In this document: one piece after another, positions 17,538-27,768 of the stretch | Layout of the letters: every line of letters starts with the position of its first letter | Position numbering within the stretch: the stretch's first letter is position 1 | Source of the DNA: Bacteroidota bacterium | GTDB taxonomy: Bacteria > Bacteroidota > Ignavibacteria > UBA10030 > UBA8401 | Direction of reading: 5' to 3' | Length of the DNA: 64,000 nt | Assembly (NCBI GenBank): GCA_035505655.1 | Contig: DATJQP010000063.1 | Span: 34,757-98,756, forward strand | The notes under the pieces: model-generated | The model's input: only the letters and a program-made list of their open reading frames with translations | What the model was told of the DNA's origin: nothing | The model's database searches: none | Position numbers and translations under genes: made by a program

Positions 17538-19025
17538 CTAGGACCGGAAAAACAAATACCAGACGACAACAAAACTTGGCAGAAGAATCGGCAGCGTGAA
17601 GCGGACGACATAGCCAATGAATGACGGCATCCTCACGCCGCTCTCTTCCGCGAGCGAGCGCACGACAAAATTCGGCCCGTTGCCGATGTACGTGCAGGCT
17701 CCAAAGAAAACGGCGCCTGCCGAAATCGCCCGCACCACGGCCGGGTGGTTGGCGATGAGATACGCGGTTTCAATCCTTGCCGCCGGCGTCCCTCCCGATC
17801 CAACCAGGCCGGAGTTTTGTCTCAGGAGCAATTCAACGGCTGCCGAAATTTCCTTCCCTCCCATTAGCACCCCGCCGCTCGCGATCGATTGACGGATCAT
17901 TTCCACCGCGTTCTGCGGAACCAATCCAGCAACCGCCGCGGCCAGAAAATTCAGATATGTCGGAGCATTGTCGAGGAAGCTCGACGCAACACCCGTCCCC
18001 CAAAAATACACCCCCAGATGGCCCTCTCCGAGGAGCTGGGAGTGGAGTCGAAGCCAATCGACGGCAGGGATCATCGCGGCAAAAATACCCGCGAAGAGGA
18101 TTCCCACCTCCTTTAAGGGACCGATGCTGAAACCATTCTCCTCGTGGACCTTCGCGGAGGTCGTAGCATACGAACCTATGGCCGCCCCGAGCATAAGCAG
18201 CTCACGCGCGAACCTTGGCTCCTCTAGAAAGGACGAGGCGAGAATCACTCCCAGAAAGAATAGATTGTGCAGCCCGGAGAATCCCGCAGTTTCATGAATT
18301 TCCGATCGCGGGATGGCGTCCGGCCCAGCCTCAAACCTTCGCAGACTGCCGAAGTCGAGAATCGCGAAGACAGCCAGCAAGAAAACTATTTCAAAGAGCC
18401 ACACCGTCCAGAGGTTCTCCAGCACCCAGAAGAACGGGATCCCTCTCAGGAATCCGAGGAACAGAGGCGGATCTCCGATCGGCGTGAGCGCCCCGCCAAC
18501 GTTGCTCACCAGGAAAATGAAGAATACCACATGAAACGCCCGCAACCGATAGCGGTTCACCCGAAGGTACGGGCGGATCAGTATCAGGGATGCGCCCGTC
18601 GTACCGATCAGGTTTGCCGCGACGGCCCCCGCTGCGAGCATTCCCACATTCGCAGCAGGACTCGATTTGCCGCGGAGACGAATCAGAATTCCGCCGGAGA
18701 CGACATAGAGTGAGCCGATGAGGATGATGAAGCTGAGATACTCCATTCCTGTCTCCAGGACCTCCGACCCGCCGTCCGCGACGATGAATTCATACAGAAG
18801 CGCGGCACCGCCAAGAGCGAGCGCGATAACCGGGTAGTATCTCTTCCACCACGCGGAATTGACGAACGGCAGCACAGCCATCGCCGCAAGGAGTGCAACG
18901 AACGGCAGTACTGCGAGCGTGGAGCCGATCTCCGGCCCATCCCCTGCACCAGCCATTGCCAAAGAACAACACAGTCCGGAAAGGACTGAGATAAAGACAA
19001 CCCTTGCGAAAATCCTCCCCGTCAT
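17538..19025 (-). CDS. nhaD: NhaD/ArsB-superfamily Na+/H+ antiporter-like permease, embedded between nuoM and nuoN
   Basis: Polytopic permease with IT-superfamily-type motifs (LILIRPYLRVN...SNVGGALTPIGDPPLFLGFL). It lies 6 nt after the nuoM stop and 20 nt before the nuoN start. The same gene order is reported for the Rhodothermus marinus complex I cluster. Confidence 0.65.
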   Translation of the reverse strand: MTGRIFARVVFISVLSGLCCSLAMAGAGDGPEIGSTLAVLPFVALLAAMAVLPFVNSAWWKRYYPVIALALGGAALLYEFIVADGGSEVLETGMEYLSFIILIGSLYVVSGGILIRLRGKSSPAANVGMLAAGAVAANLIGTTGASLILIRPYLRVNRYRLRAFHVVFFIFLVSNVGGALTPIGDPPLFLGFLRGIPFFWVLENLWTVWLFEIVFLLAVFAILDFGSLRRFEAGPDAIPRSEIHETAGFSGLHNLFFLGVILASSFLEEPRFARELLMLGAAIGSYATTSAKVHEENGFSIGPLKEVGILFAGIFAAMIPAVDWLRLHSQLLGEGHLGVYFWGTGVASSFLDNAPTYLNFLAAAVAGLVPQNAVEMIRQSIASGGVLMGGKEISAAVELLLRQNSGLVGSGGTPAARIETAYLIANHPAVVRAISAGAVFFGACTYIGNGPNFVVRSLAEESGVRMPSFIGYVVRFTLPILLPSFVVVWYLFFRS

Positions 19026-19031
19026 CGCCGC

Positions 19032-20573
19032 CTACCGTGAGCCCAGGAATGTCGGGCGACTCTCTCCTGTTTTTGCCTGCTCCAGCATTTTTACGATCTT
19101 CGTGGTAGAAGCGGCGGAGGACTTCAGGAACGGTGATGGATAGACCCCGATCCAGACTACGAAGATGATGATCGGGACGAGGACCACGAGCTCGCGCTTC
19201 GTCAGATCTGTCAGCGATGCGTTGGAAGGATTAGAAAGTTTCCCGAAGACGACGCGCTGATACATCCAGAGCATGTAGACCGCCGAAAAGATCACTCCCG
19301 TCGCGGCGAAAGCCGTGTAGAGATGCGAGCCGAGAAACGCCGACTTGAAGGAGCCGAGGAGAATCAGAAATTCCCCCACGAATCCGTTGAGCCCGGGGAG
19401 ACCGATCGACGACAACATGACAATCATGAACATCGCGGAGAAAACCGGTATCTGCTTTGCCAGGCCGCCGAACTGGGAGATCTCGCGGGTGTGCCGTCTG
19501 TCATAAATCATTCCAACAATAAGAAAGAGGGCTCCCGTCGAGAGGCCATGGTTGATCATCTGGATCATGCTCCCCTGGATCCCCTCTTCGGTCATCGAGA
19601 AAATCCCGAGGACGACGAAGCCGAGGTGACTCACCGAGGAATACGCGACAAGCTTCTTGATATCGGTTTGCACCATCGCCACGAGGGCGCCGTAAATGAT
19701 GCCGATGACGGCGAGGATCGTGATGAGAGGCGTAAACTCAAACGCTGCGTACGGGAAGAGCGGAAGACTGAAACGCAGCAATCCGTAGGTCCCCATTTTC
19801 AGCAGAACTCCCGCGAGGATGACGCTCCCTGCCGTCGGCGCCTGAACGTGGGCATCCGGCAGCCACGTGTGGAACGGGAAGAGGGGCACCTTGATCGCAA
19901 ACGAAAGAGTGAAGGCGAGAAAGAGCCACATCTGGAGGTTCCGCGGAGACGACGGGGCAATCTGGTAAAGCGTCTGCAAATTTGTGGTGAAGTGTCCTCC
20001 GGGCAGCGTCGACGCATAGTATCCGACTGAAAGAATCGCGATGAGCATGAGCAGGCTGCCAGCCATCGTGTAGAGAAAGAATTTCACCGCGGCATAAATT
20101 CTCTCCTGTCCACCCCAGATGCCGATGATGAAATACATCGGGATGAGCATCGCTTCCCAGAAAACATAAAAGAGGAAAAGGTCGGTGGCAAGGAAAACTC
20201 CAAGCATCCCAAGCTCGAGGAGAAGCATGAAGATCGTGTACTCTTTGAGCCTCTGCGTGATCGAATCCCACGAGGCAAGCAGTGCAATCGGAGTGAGAAA
20301 CGATGTCAGGACGACCAGGAGGAGCGAGAGTCCGTCGACCCCCACTTCGTAGCTGATGTCCAGTCCTTCAATCCAGGCGGCATGCCTGACAAGCTGCAAC
20401 TGCGGATTCGCAGGGTCAAATGCGACATAGACCGCCAGAGAGAGAAGAAGCGTGATGAGCGAAGAGGCGATCCCAGCCGATTTGATCCAGAAGGTCCGCT
20501 CCTTGCTCATCGCCATGACGGCAACCACCCCTAGAAGGGGTGAAAAGAGAAGGTATGTCAGTACGTTGCTCAC
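19032..20573 (-). CDS. nuoM: NADH-quinone oxidoreductase subunit M
   Basis: NuoM-type antiporter subunit with motifs YVFWEAMLIPMYFIIGIWGG and KKLVAYSSVSHLGFV. Confidence 0.9.
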   Translation of the reverse strand: MSNVLTYLLFSPLLGVVAVMAMSKERTFWIKSAGIASSLITLLLSLAVYVAFDPANPQLQLVRHAAWIEGLDISYEVGVDGLSLLLVVLTSFLTPIALLASWDSITQRLKEYTIFMLLLELGMLGVFLATDLFLFYVFWEAMLIPMYFIIGIWGGQERIYAAVKFFLYTMAGSLLMLIAILSVGYYASTLPGGHFTTNLQTLYQIAPSSPRNLQMWLFLAFTLSFAIKVPLFPFHTWLPDAHVQAPTAGSVILAGVLLKMGTYGLLRFSLPLFPYAAFEFTPLITILAVIGIIYGALVAMVQTDIKKLVAYSSVSHLGFVVLGIFSMTEEGIQGSMIQMINHGLSTGALFLIVGMIYDRRHTREISQFGGLAKQIPVFSAMFMIVMLSSIGLPGLNGFVGEFLILLGSFKSAFLGSHLYTAFAATGVIFSAVYMLWMYQRVVFGKLSNPSNASLTDLTKRELVVLVPIIIFVVWIGVYPSPFLKSSAASTTKIVKMLEQAKTGESRPTFLGSR

Positions 20574-20600
20574 GCTCTCAGATTTCCAATTTCGTTTGGT

Positions 20601-22541
20601 CTAGCGGATGATCAGCCATCCGAGGATAAAAAGTATTCCGGCGACGAAGGCCATCGCATACGTCTGCACGACTCCGGTTTGCACTCTCCGGAAGAACTGA
20701 CTCGCATATTCCGTCGCCTTCGCCCCGAAATTGATTGTCCCGTCGATGAAGCCGACATCGACACCTTTCCAGAGAAGTCGCTGCGATCCCTTGACAATCG
20801 GCGTTACGACCGAGGCGTCGTAGGCTTCGTCGACAAAGTACTTGTTGAGGAGGAGCCTGTAGATGCGCGGGAAACGATGAGCGGCCTTCTCGGCAATCTC
20901 CGGTGTCACGAGGTAGATCCTTCGCGCGAAATAGATTCCCGTCACTGCGATTCCGACAGAGACGATCATGAGGACGTACTCGAGCGCCGATGGCTCCGAA
21001 AACGGCAGAAGCATTTTCGACCTGGCAGGTTCGAAGACCGGAGCGAGGAACCGCTCGAACGAATTCGCGCCTCCGAGGCTTTCGGGTATGCCGACGAATC
21101 CACCTACCACCGAGAGGGCGGCGAGTACTATCAGCGGTACCGTCATCGACTTCGGTGCTTCGTGCGGATGGTGCTGATGCGAATCAAAACGCGAGGTTCC
21201 CTCGAACGTGAGGGAGACGAGACGGAACATATAGAAGGCGGTGAGTCCCGCTCCGAGCGCCCCGACGATCCAAAGAATCGGTGAGCCGTCGGTGAAGGCC
21301 TTCCACAAAATTTCATCCTTGCTGAAAAACCCGGCGAGGGGCGGGATGCCGGAAATTGCAATAGCGCCCACGAGGAAGGTTTTGTACGTGGTGGGGAGAA
21401 ACGATTTCAACCCTCCCATCTTCTGAATATCCTGCTCGTCGTGCATCGCATGGATGACGGCGCCGGAACCGAGAAAAAGGAGCGCCTTGAAGAACGCGTG
21501 AGTCATGACGTGAAAGAGACCGGAGGCGAATGCCCCAACGCCAAGCCCGAGGAACATGTACCCCAGCTGGCTGATCGTAGAGTAGGCCAGCACTTTCTTG
21601 ATGTCGTTCTGAACAAGCCCGATGGTCGCGGCGTAAAGAGCCGTCAAGGCTCCTATGATCGCCACCACTTCCATCGAAACGGGGGCCAACGCAAAAAGGA
21701 TCGAGCTTCGCGCGACCATGTAAACTCCGGCCGTAACCATCGTGGCGGCGTGGATGAGAGCGCTTACCGGCGTCGGCCCGGCCATCGCATCGGGGAGCCA
21801 TACGTAGAGCGGAATCTGAGCCGACTTTCCCGTTGCGCCGAGGAACAGAAGGAGCGTGATCCATGTCATCGTCGTATCGCCGCGAGTGAAAACCGAGGCG
21901 GCGGGGAACACGGTATCAAAACGAAGAGACCCGAAGGTCGCCACGAGGAGAAACATCGCAAGGAGGAATCCAAAATCGCCGATCCTGTTGACGACAAACG
22001 CTTTCTTGGCCGCATCTCCGGTCGTCCCCTTCTCGAAGTCCTTCTCGTACCAGAAGCCGATGAGAAGATACGAGCAGAGCCCCACCCCTTCCCATCCCAC
22101 GAACATCACCAGGTAGTTGTCGGCGAGAACGAGGATGAGCATGGCGACCATGAAGAGGTTCAGGTAGGCAAAGAATCGCCAGAATCCCCTGTCTCCGTGC
22201 ATGTAGCCGATGGAGTAGATATGGATAAGACCCCCGACTCCGGTGACGATGAGAGCCATGAGAATCGAGAGCTGGTCGACCTGGAGCGAGGCGTCGATCG
22301 CGAACGTGCCGGCGGAGATCCAGGAGAACTGTCGGACGATGTGACGGCGGGCTTCGACCGGCAGGGAGAGCATTTCAACAAAGATCGCTGAGGCGACGAA
22401 AAAGGCCAGGATGACAACCGTTGAACCAATCGTTCCGACGAGCTTCTCCGACTTCATCCGGGAACCGAAGAGACCCAGGATGAGAAATCCGGCGAGCGGG
22501 AATGCTATGATAAGGCCGACATACGAATACATCGTCACCAC
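20601..22541 (-). CDS. nuoL: NADH-quinone oxidoreductase subunit L
   Basis: NuoL-type subunit (646 aa) with motif [19 protein letters not shown] and the long C-terminal helix region. Confidence 0.9.
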   Translation of the reverse strand: MVTMYSYVGLIIAFPLAGFLILGLFGSRMKSEKLVGTIGSTVVILAFFVASAIFVEMLSLPVEARRHIVRQFSWISAGTFAIDASLQVDQLSILMALIVTGVGGLIHIYSIGYMHGDRGFWRFFAYLNLFMVAMLILVLADNYLVMFVGWEGVGLCSYLLIGFWYEKDFEKGTTGDAAKKAFVVNRIGDFGFLLAMFLLVATFGSLRFDTVFPAASVFTRGDTTMTWITLLLFLGATGKSAQIPLYVWLPDAMAGPTPVSALIHAATMVTAGVYMVARSSILFALAPVSMEVVAIIGALTALYAATIGLVQNDIKKVLAYSTISQLGYMFLGLGVGAFASGLFHVMTHAFFKALLFLGSGAVIHAMHDEQDIQKMGGLKSFLPTTYKTFLVGAIAISGIPPLAGFFSKDEILWKAFTDGSPILWIVGALGAGLTAFYMFRLVSLTFEGTSRFDSHQHHPHEAPKSMTVPLIVLAALSVVGGFVGIPESLGGANSFERFLAPVFEPARSKMLLPFSEPSALEYVLMIVSVGIAVTGIYFARRIYLVTPEIAEKAAHRFPRIYRLLLNKYFVDEAYDASVVTPIVKGSQRLLWKGVDVGFIDGTINFGAKATEYASQFFRRVQTGVVQTYAMAFVAGILFILGWLIIR

Positions 22542-22837
22542 TTCAGGATATTGATTTCATCGATGTTGACGGTCCGCTTGTTCCGGAAAAGCGCGATAAT
22601 GATCGCAAGACCGACGGCCGCTTCCGCCGCCGCGACCGTCATGACGAAGAAGACGAGCATCTGGCCGGTGGAATCGCCGAGATACGACGAGAAGGCGATG
22701 AGGGTGAGGTTCACGGAATTGAGCATGAGCTCGATGCACATGAAGACGATGATCGCATTCCTCCGGACAAGAACACCGAGGACGCCGACGCAGAACATGA
22801 ACGCAGAAAGAAGCAGGTAGTAGTTCAGCGGAATCAT
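22535..22837 (-). CDS. nuoK: NADH-quinone oxidoreductase subunit K
   Basis: 100 aa with 3 TM helices; [17 protein letters not shown] is the NuoK signature. It overlaps the nuoL start by 7 nt and the nuoJ stop as ATGA. Confidence 0.9.
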   Translation of the reverse strand: MIPLNYYLLLSAFMFCVGVLGVLVRRNAIIVFMCIELMLNSVNLTLIAFSSYLGDSTGQMLVFFVMTVAAAEAAVGLAIIIALFRNKRTVNIDEINILKW

Positions 22838-23349
22838 TCGGCGATCTTCTTCTTTGCGAGGATGACCACTCCGACGATGGCGGCGAGAAGGAGCAGCGAG
22901 GTAATTTCGAACGGAAAGAGGAACTTCGTAAAGAGCACTTTGCCGATGTACTCGACCGTCCCCATTTCGGCAGCGGCGGGAGACTGCTGAACCGCAAGTT
23001 TGCCGGACCGGTAGAGGAAGAGATAGACCAATTCCACGACAAGGGCGATGCTCACCCCGATGCCGACATACATCCTTGTTCCCAAGTGCTCCCTCAGGTG
23101 CTTGTCATCTCCCAGGTTCAGCAGCATGATGACAAAAAGGAAAAGCACCATGATCGCCCCTGCATAAACGAGCACCTGGACCATGGCGATGAACTGCGCG
23201 CTCAGGGTAAGGTAGAGTCCGCCGAGGCAGAAGAAGTTCAGGATGAGGTAAAGGGCGCTGTTGACGGGGTTTCGCTGGAATATCATCATCACTGCGGCAA
23301 AGGCAGCGACCGCCGCAAGGACGAAGAACCCTACCTGATCGAAAATCAT
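22834..23349 (-). CDS. nuoJ: NADH-quinone oxidoreductase subunit J
   Basis: [40 protein letters not shown] is a typical NuoJ N-terminus. The start was trimmed to the ATG at 23349-23347; the track ORF reaches 23520. Confidence 0.85.
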   Translation of the reverse strand: MIFDQVGFFVLAAVAAFAAVMMIFQRNPVNSALYLILNFFCLGGLYLTLSAQFIAMVQVLVYAGAIMVLFLFVIMLLNLGDDKHLREHLGTRMYVGIGVSIALVVELVYLFLYRSGKLAVQQSPAAAEMGTVEYIGKVLFTKFLFPFEITSLLLLAAIVGVVILAKKKIAE

Positions 23350-23496
23350 AGATGGCGCGAACGAATGTTGACTCGTAGCAAACGTGGTCAATATACAAAG
23401 TGTAGGGAAGAGAATCAATGAATACGGGAGAACAGATCCGTGCTCCGGAAGACGTCTCATTGGTACCGCAGAATGACCCCATCCGTTGGTTGCAGC

Positions 23497-23530
23497 ATGA
23501 TTGACAATGTCCTCAATCATCCATACTTTT
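23497..23530 (+). promoter_or_regulatory. Candidate promoter for the T9SS-cargo gene (TTGACA, 17 nt spacer, TACTTTTG)
   Basis: The downstream box TACTTTTG also fits the Bacteroidetes-type -7 consensus TAnnTTTG. It lies about 110 nt upstream of the ATG at 23639, in a divergent intergenic region. Confidence 0.25.
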
Positions 23531-23638
23531 GTCGCAGCGTTGGGGAGTCACACCTTCCGGTAGGCGCACCGGCTCGAAGTCAATGGGGGAATTGCGCAGT
23601 TGACCGCGGGGGGACGGCTCAACTTGAAAGGGGCGATC

Positions 23639-25153
23639 ATGAACTCACGGCTTGTCAGTTCCTTCTCCGGCATTCTTCTCTTCTGTGTATCACTCGCCAT
23701 CGGACAGTCGGACGGCCCGTTCTATAAGGTTGACACGCTGACAGCAGGTCCATTCAATGACCTCCATCCGCGTTCGCAGAACGGCTGGTCCGGAGCTGGT
23801 ACCGGGCTCAACGATTGGATCGTGTTCGAACGCCAATCAGATTCGTTGGCGATGATCGCGGCGATGAGACGACCCCGAAGCTCTCATGCGTGGGATACGC
23901 TTGTCGAGATTGTTTCTTCGTCTCCTGCATCTGAAACGCAGGCTCTCCCTCAGATCGTCTTTTCGAACCACCCTCCGTGTCTCATCGGGGTGTGGCAGAA
24001 GCGGACCGACGGCAAATGGGGCATCTGGTATTCATGGCAAAAAGGGGATACGACCGTCTGGAGCGATCCCGCAAGGGTGACTCGTGATAGCGTGGATTGT
24101 ACGAGCCCGCATGGAGCGAATTGGGAAGACACTGCCTCTCTCATCACCTGGAGGCGGGGAAAGGCGATCCTTGGGACTTTTCTTTCTCAAAGTTCCCTGG
24201 GTTCGCCAGAAAGCGCCGCTCCGCCGGAGACGCTCGCAGTCTCCAATGACGATTCTCTTGAGTATGACCTGGGATTTTCCATTGGGACGGCGGGCATCGT
24301 TTGGACCGTGAAGGACAGCTCTGGCGGCCGCCTCCTCCTCACTCGCCAAATCAACTCCTATCCTTTCTTCTCGCTCTCTGTTCCTGAGACCCTCGCCGCC
24401 CGAGGAAGCGTCTTGAATCCAAGGGTTGCCTCACCATACTACTCGGCATACGGTCCCTACTTCTATGAACGTCTGGTGGGCGGCCGGCACGAGGTGCACT
24501 TCGCGAGCACAGCCTCCGACGAGCTGATCTCCTCCGATTCCTCCGTCGATTTCCGCAATCCTGTCGTGTTCGAATCTCCGGTCGTCACCGCGGGGACAGC
24601 TTCAGCGGAGGATGCTGGGATCTTCTGGTATGGCTCTTATGTGGTCGAAGCGTACAGGCACGGTGACTCCACCCTCTTCTTCCAAGAAGATGATCAGCCT
24701 ATTGATACTGTCCGAAGCGCTGGCCACAACCGTGATGCGTGTTTCGGATCGATGATTTTCTACGATCCGCTTTATCATCAGACAGTCATCCCGATCGTCT
24801 GGGAAAGTAATCGGAGCGGGAGGTGTCATCTTTACACGAGGATGGCCGCGGTCCCACTGGGACTCGTGAAGCAGGAAAACTCGGTGGCAAAGGATTTCGG
24901 CCTCGACCAGAATTTTCCAAACCCTTTCAACCCGTCCACCAGCTTTCGCTTTCATATAGGTCATCCCGCAGAAGTCTCGATCGCTATTTTCGATATCCTT
25001 GGGAGGATGGTGAAGACACTCATTGCTCAGAGACTTGGAGCCGGCGACTACACGGTCACATGGAATGCGGGAACGCGATCAAGCGGGATCTACTTCTGCA
25101 GGATGAGAGCGGGTGATTACACCGAAATAAGAAAGCTATTGCTCGTCAAGTAA
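23639..25153 (+). CDS. Secreted protein with a T9SS (Por) C-terminal sorting domain; N-terminal function unknown
   Basis: Signal peptide MNSRLVSSFSGILLFCVSLAIGQ. The C-terminal FPNPFNPSTSFRFHIGHPAEVSIAIFDILGRMVKTL...GIYFCRMRAGDYTEIRKLLLVK matches Por_Secre_tail. The start was trimmed from 23600. Confidence 0.7.
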   Translation: MNSRLVSSFSGILLFCVSLAIGQSDGPFYKVDTLTAGPFNDLHPRSQNGWSGAGTGLNDWIVFERQSDSLAMIAAMRRPRSSHAWDTLVEIVSSSPASETQALPQIVFSNHPPCLIGVWQKRTDGKWGIWYSWQKGDTTVWSDPARVTRDSVDCTSPHGANWEDTASLITWRRGKAILGTFLSQSSLGSPESAAPPETLAVSNDDSLEYDLGFSIGTAGIVWTVKDSSGGRLLLTRQINSYPFFSLSVPETLAARGSVLNPRVASPYYSAYGPYFYERLVGGRHEVHFASTASDELISSDSSVDFRNPVVFESPVVTAGTASAEDAGIFWYGSYVVEAYRHGDSTLFFQEDDQPIDTVRSAGHNRDACFGSMIFYDPLYHQTVIPIVWESNRSGRCHLYTRMAAVPLGLVKQENSVAKDFGLDQNFPNPFNPSTSFRFHIGHPAEVSIAIFDILGRMVKTLIAQRLGAGDYTVTWNAGTRSSGIYFCRMRAGDYTEIRKLLLVK

Positions 25154-25185
25154 GGCGGGGAATTTCCGCGACATGGACGGAACTG

Positions 25186-26175
25186 CTACCCTCCGATCTG
25201 ACTCATCGTTCTCTCCGGCTTAACGAAGCCGGGTTGATTGATGAGATGACCGCGCTCCTTTTTCCACACCGCGGCCGTGATCGTTTCAGCGATCTCGCTA
25301 TCCGCCAAGCCCGACCGAAGCATTGATTTCAAGTCGGTCTCCGTGAGGGAAAAGAGGCAGGTTCGGAGCCGGCCGTCGGAGGTGATCCTGATCCTATTGC
25401 AGTGAGAACAGAAGGGATCGCTCACCGAACTGATGAATCCTATCTCCCCCACTCCGTCGGCGAACCGGTACCGATCGGCAGGCTGATTGCCGTGATACTC
25501 GACCGGGATGAGTTTCGGAAACTTCGTCTCAATTCTCGCGATGACATCCTTCGTCGGCACGACTTTCGAATAGTCCCATCCGTCCCCCGCACCGATCGGC
25601 ATGTACTCGATGAAACGAATGATGTACGGTTCCTTCCTCGCTAGCTCGGCGAAGCTCTCAACCTCCCGCTCATTCACTCCTTTGACGAGAACAACGTTGA
25701 TCTTGATTGGAGCGAGCGAGAGTCCCCGAAGGACGGCCAGTCCTTCCTGAACTCGATCGAAATACTCCCTCCTCGTCATCTCGGCGAAGGTCGACGGGTC
25801 GAGCGAATCCATGCTGACCGTCATCCGACGAATTCCCGCTTCGTGCAATGCCAGGGCCTGTTCCTTAAGAAAATAGCCATTCGTCGTCAGGGCAATATCC
25901 AGGATCCCATCCACTCTCGAAATCTTCGAGACAAGCAGGTGAAGCTCTTTCCGCATTAAGGGTTCTCCCCCCGTCAGACGCACTTTCGTGATACCCAGCC
26001 GTGCGAGGATCCGGACGAGCCGTTCGATCTCCTCGAAGGAGAGAAGCTGATCCTTCTTCATCCAGACCATCCCCTCTTCCGGCATGCAATATGAGCAGCG
26101 GAAATTGCATCGGTCCGTCACCGAAATGCGGACGTTGTCGATCGTTCTTCCGAATGAATCTTTCAACTCGGGCAT
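25186..26175 (-). CDS. moaA: GTP 3',8-cyclase (radical SAM)
   Basis: ISVTDRCNFRCSYCMPEE carries the CX3CX2C radical SAM motif, and a C-terminal Cys cluster is present, as in MoaA. Confidence 0.9.
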   Translation of the reverse strand: MPELKDSFGRTIDNVRISVTDRCNFRCSYCMPEEGMVWMKKDQLLSFEEIERLVRILARLGITKVRLTGGEPLMRKELHLLVSKISRVDGILDIALTTNGYFLKEQALALHEAGIRRMTVSMDSLDPSTFAEMTRREYFDRVQEGLAVLRGLSLAPIKINVVLVKGVNEREVESFAELARKEPYIIRFIEYMPIGAGDGWDYSKVVPTKDVIARIETKFPKLIPVEYHGNQPADRYRFADGVGEIGFISSVSDPFCSHCNRIRITSDGRLRTCLFSLTETDLKSMLRSGLADSEIAETITAAVWKKERGHLINQPGFVKPERTMSQIGG

Positions 26176-26252
26176 CTTCTCATCGATGATTGCTGCCAGG
26201 TTTCCCGCCAGGGCCTTCTATAGCACCACAACACATCCGAAGCTTATCAGGT

Positions 26253-27332
26253 TCAGGCATCGCTCTCCCCTCGATTCTCCTCCGCGAAGAGAATCTCGGT
26301 CTGACCATCCTTCGAAGGCCGGATGAATTTGTCAGTAGCCAGCGAGAATGTCCGCATGTCCATACCATACTTCACCCGCGATGCGTGGAACAACTGACTG
26401 ATGGAACGGGCTATTTCCCCCTTCCCCCTCATCCTTGTCGCAAAGCTCGAATCGTTGAGCTTCCCGTCTCTGGTCTCCTGGATCCGATGGATAACGCGGG
26501 CCGCCCTTTCGGGGACCTCTCTCCGGAGCCAGTCGACGAAGAGATCTTTCACACCGTACGGAAGTCGCAGCAGCGTGTATCCGGCCGACTTCACCCCTCT
26601 CTGAGCGCATTCTCGCAGGATAGTGGGAATTTCCTCATCGGTGAGGCCGGGAATCACCGGCGCGACGTTGACGGCCGCAGGGATCCCCGCCTTCACGAGC
26701 TCTCCAAGCGCATTGAGGCGCTGATCGGGAACCGATGTCCGCGGCTCCATCCTGCGGGAGAGCACGCTGTCGAGTGTTGTCACGGAGAGGCAGACCGAAA
26801 CGAGGTTCATCGAGGCGAGCTGTGAGAGAAGATCGACGTCCCTCAGCACGAGGGCATTCTTCGTGACGATCGAAACGGGATTGCGATATTTGAGGAAGAC
26901 CTCAAGGCACTGCCGCGTGATCCGGAGAGACCGCTCAAGCGGCTGATAACAATCGACGTTCCCGGAGAGCATGACGACATCCGGAGACCAGCTTCGGCTG
27001 CGGAATTTCTCTTCGAGCAGACGCGCCGCATCCCTCTTGATGACGATCTTCGTCTCAAAATCGAGTCCGGAAGAGAATCCGAGATACTCGTGCGAGGGTC
27101 GTGCGTAACAGTAGCTGCATCCATGTTCGCAGCCGCGGTATGGATTGAGGTCGAAGGTGAACCCGATATCGGGGCTGTCGTTCTTCGCGAGGATCGTCCG
27201 CGAGGTGTCACTGAACAACTGCGTGGGGACGGTGCGCGCTTCGGATTCCGCGGGCCAGTCGTCGACGAAATCCTCCCGCGAGATGAGTTCAAAACGGTTC
27301 CTGGGATTTTCTTCAGTTCCTCTTCCCTTCAC
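26253..27332 (-). CDS. PA0069-family radical SAM protein (COG1533 / SplB-like), function unknown
   Basis: The N-terminus GRGTEENPRNRFE plus CEHGCSYCYARPSHEY (CX3CX2C) are hallmarks of the PA0069/Rv2578c radical SAM family. The 5' end overlaps the moaE stop by 20 nt. Confidence 0.75.
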   Translation of the reverse strand: MKGRGTEENPRNRFELISREDFVDDWPAESEARTVPTQLFSDTSRTILAKNDSPDIGFTFDLNPYRGCEHGCSYCYARPSHEYLGFSSGLDFETKIVIKRDAARLLEEKFRSRSWSPDVVMLSGNVDCYQPLERSLRITRQCLEVFLKYRNPVSIVTKNALVLRDVDLLSQLASMNLVSVCLSVTTLDSVLSRRMEPRTSVPDQRLNALGELVKAGIPAAVNVAPVIPGLTDEEIPTILRECAQRGVKSAGYTLLRLPYGVKDLFVDWLRREVPERAARVIHRIQETRDGKLNDSSFATRMRGKGEIARSISQLFHASRVKYGMDMRTFSLATDKFIRPSKDGQTEILFAEENRGESDA

Positions 27333-27765
27333 CGCTTCCTCCGTCTTTCATCAGCGCCTCGGCATTTTCGACCCACACAGCCCCGTCTTTGTAGACCTCC
27401 TTCTTCCAGATCGGAACTCTGCGCTTGAGCTCGTCGATCGCGTACCGGCACGCTTCGAACGCTTCCTTCCGATGAGGGGCCGCAACGGCGATGCCAACGC
27501 TTGCTTCGGTCACCGGCACCTCCCCGATCCGATGAATGATTGTGATCGCGGAGATCTTCCAGCGCTCCCGGACTTCCCTCTCGATCTCTCCCATGAGTTT
27601 CAGCGCCATCGGAACGTAGGCCTCGTAGTACAGGGTGAGGACATCCTTCCCCTTCGAGGTATTTCTCGTGGTCCCGAGAAAAATGTCGATGCCGCCTGCA
27701 CCGGGTGAAACGACGGAGTCGATGAGTTCAGACGTTTCGATGGATTGTTCGACGATCTTCACCAT
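27313..27765 (-). CDS. moaE: Molybdopterin synthase catalytic subunit
   Basis: 150 aa with a MoaE-like core (...IGEVPVTEASVGIAVAAPHRKEAFEACRYAIDELKRRVPIWKKE). Confidence 0.85.
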   Translation of the reverse strand: MVKIVEQSIETSELIDSVVSPGAGGIDIFLGTTRNTSKGKDVLTLYYEAYVPMALKLMGEIEREVRERWKISAITIIHRIGEVPVTEASVGIAVAAPHRKEAFEACRYAIDELKRRVPIWKKEVYKDGAVWVENAEALMKDGGSGEGKRN

Positions 27766-27768
27766 AAT

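Noticed and set aside
21441-22391. 316-aa +strand ORF
   Set aside because: It is antisense to nuoL, charged and low complexity.
23815-23835. GTTCGAAC motif resembling a tRNA T-arm; a general tRNA/rRNA search of the intergenic regions
   Set aside because: The only T-arm-like match lies inside the T9SS cargo CDS, with no acceptor stem or anticodon context. No intergenic region of 70 nt or more shows a cloverleaf-compatible sequence.
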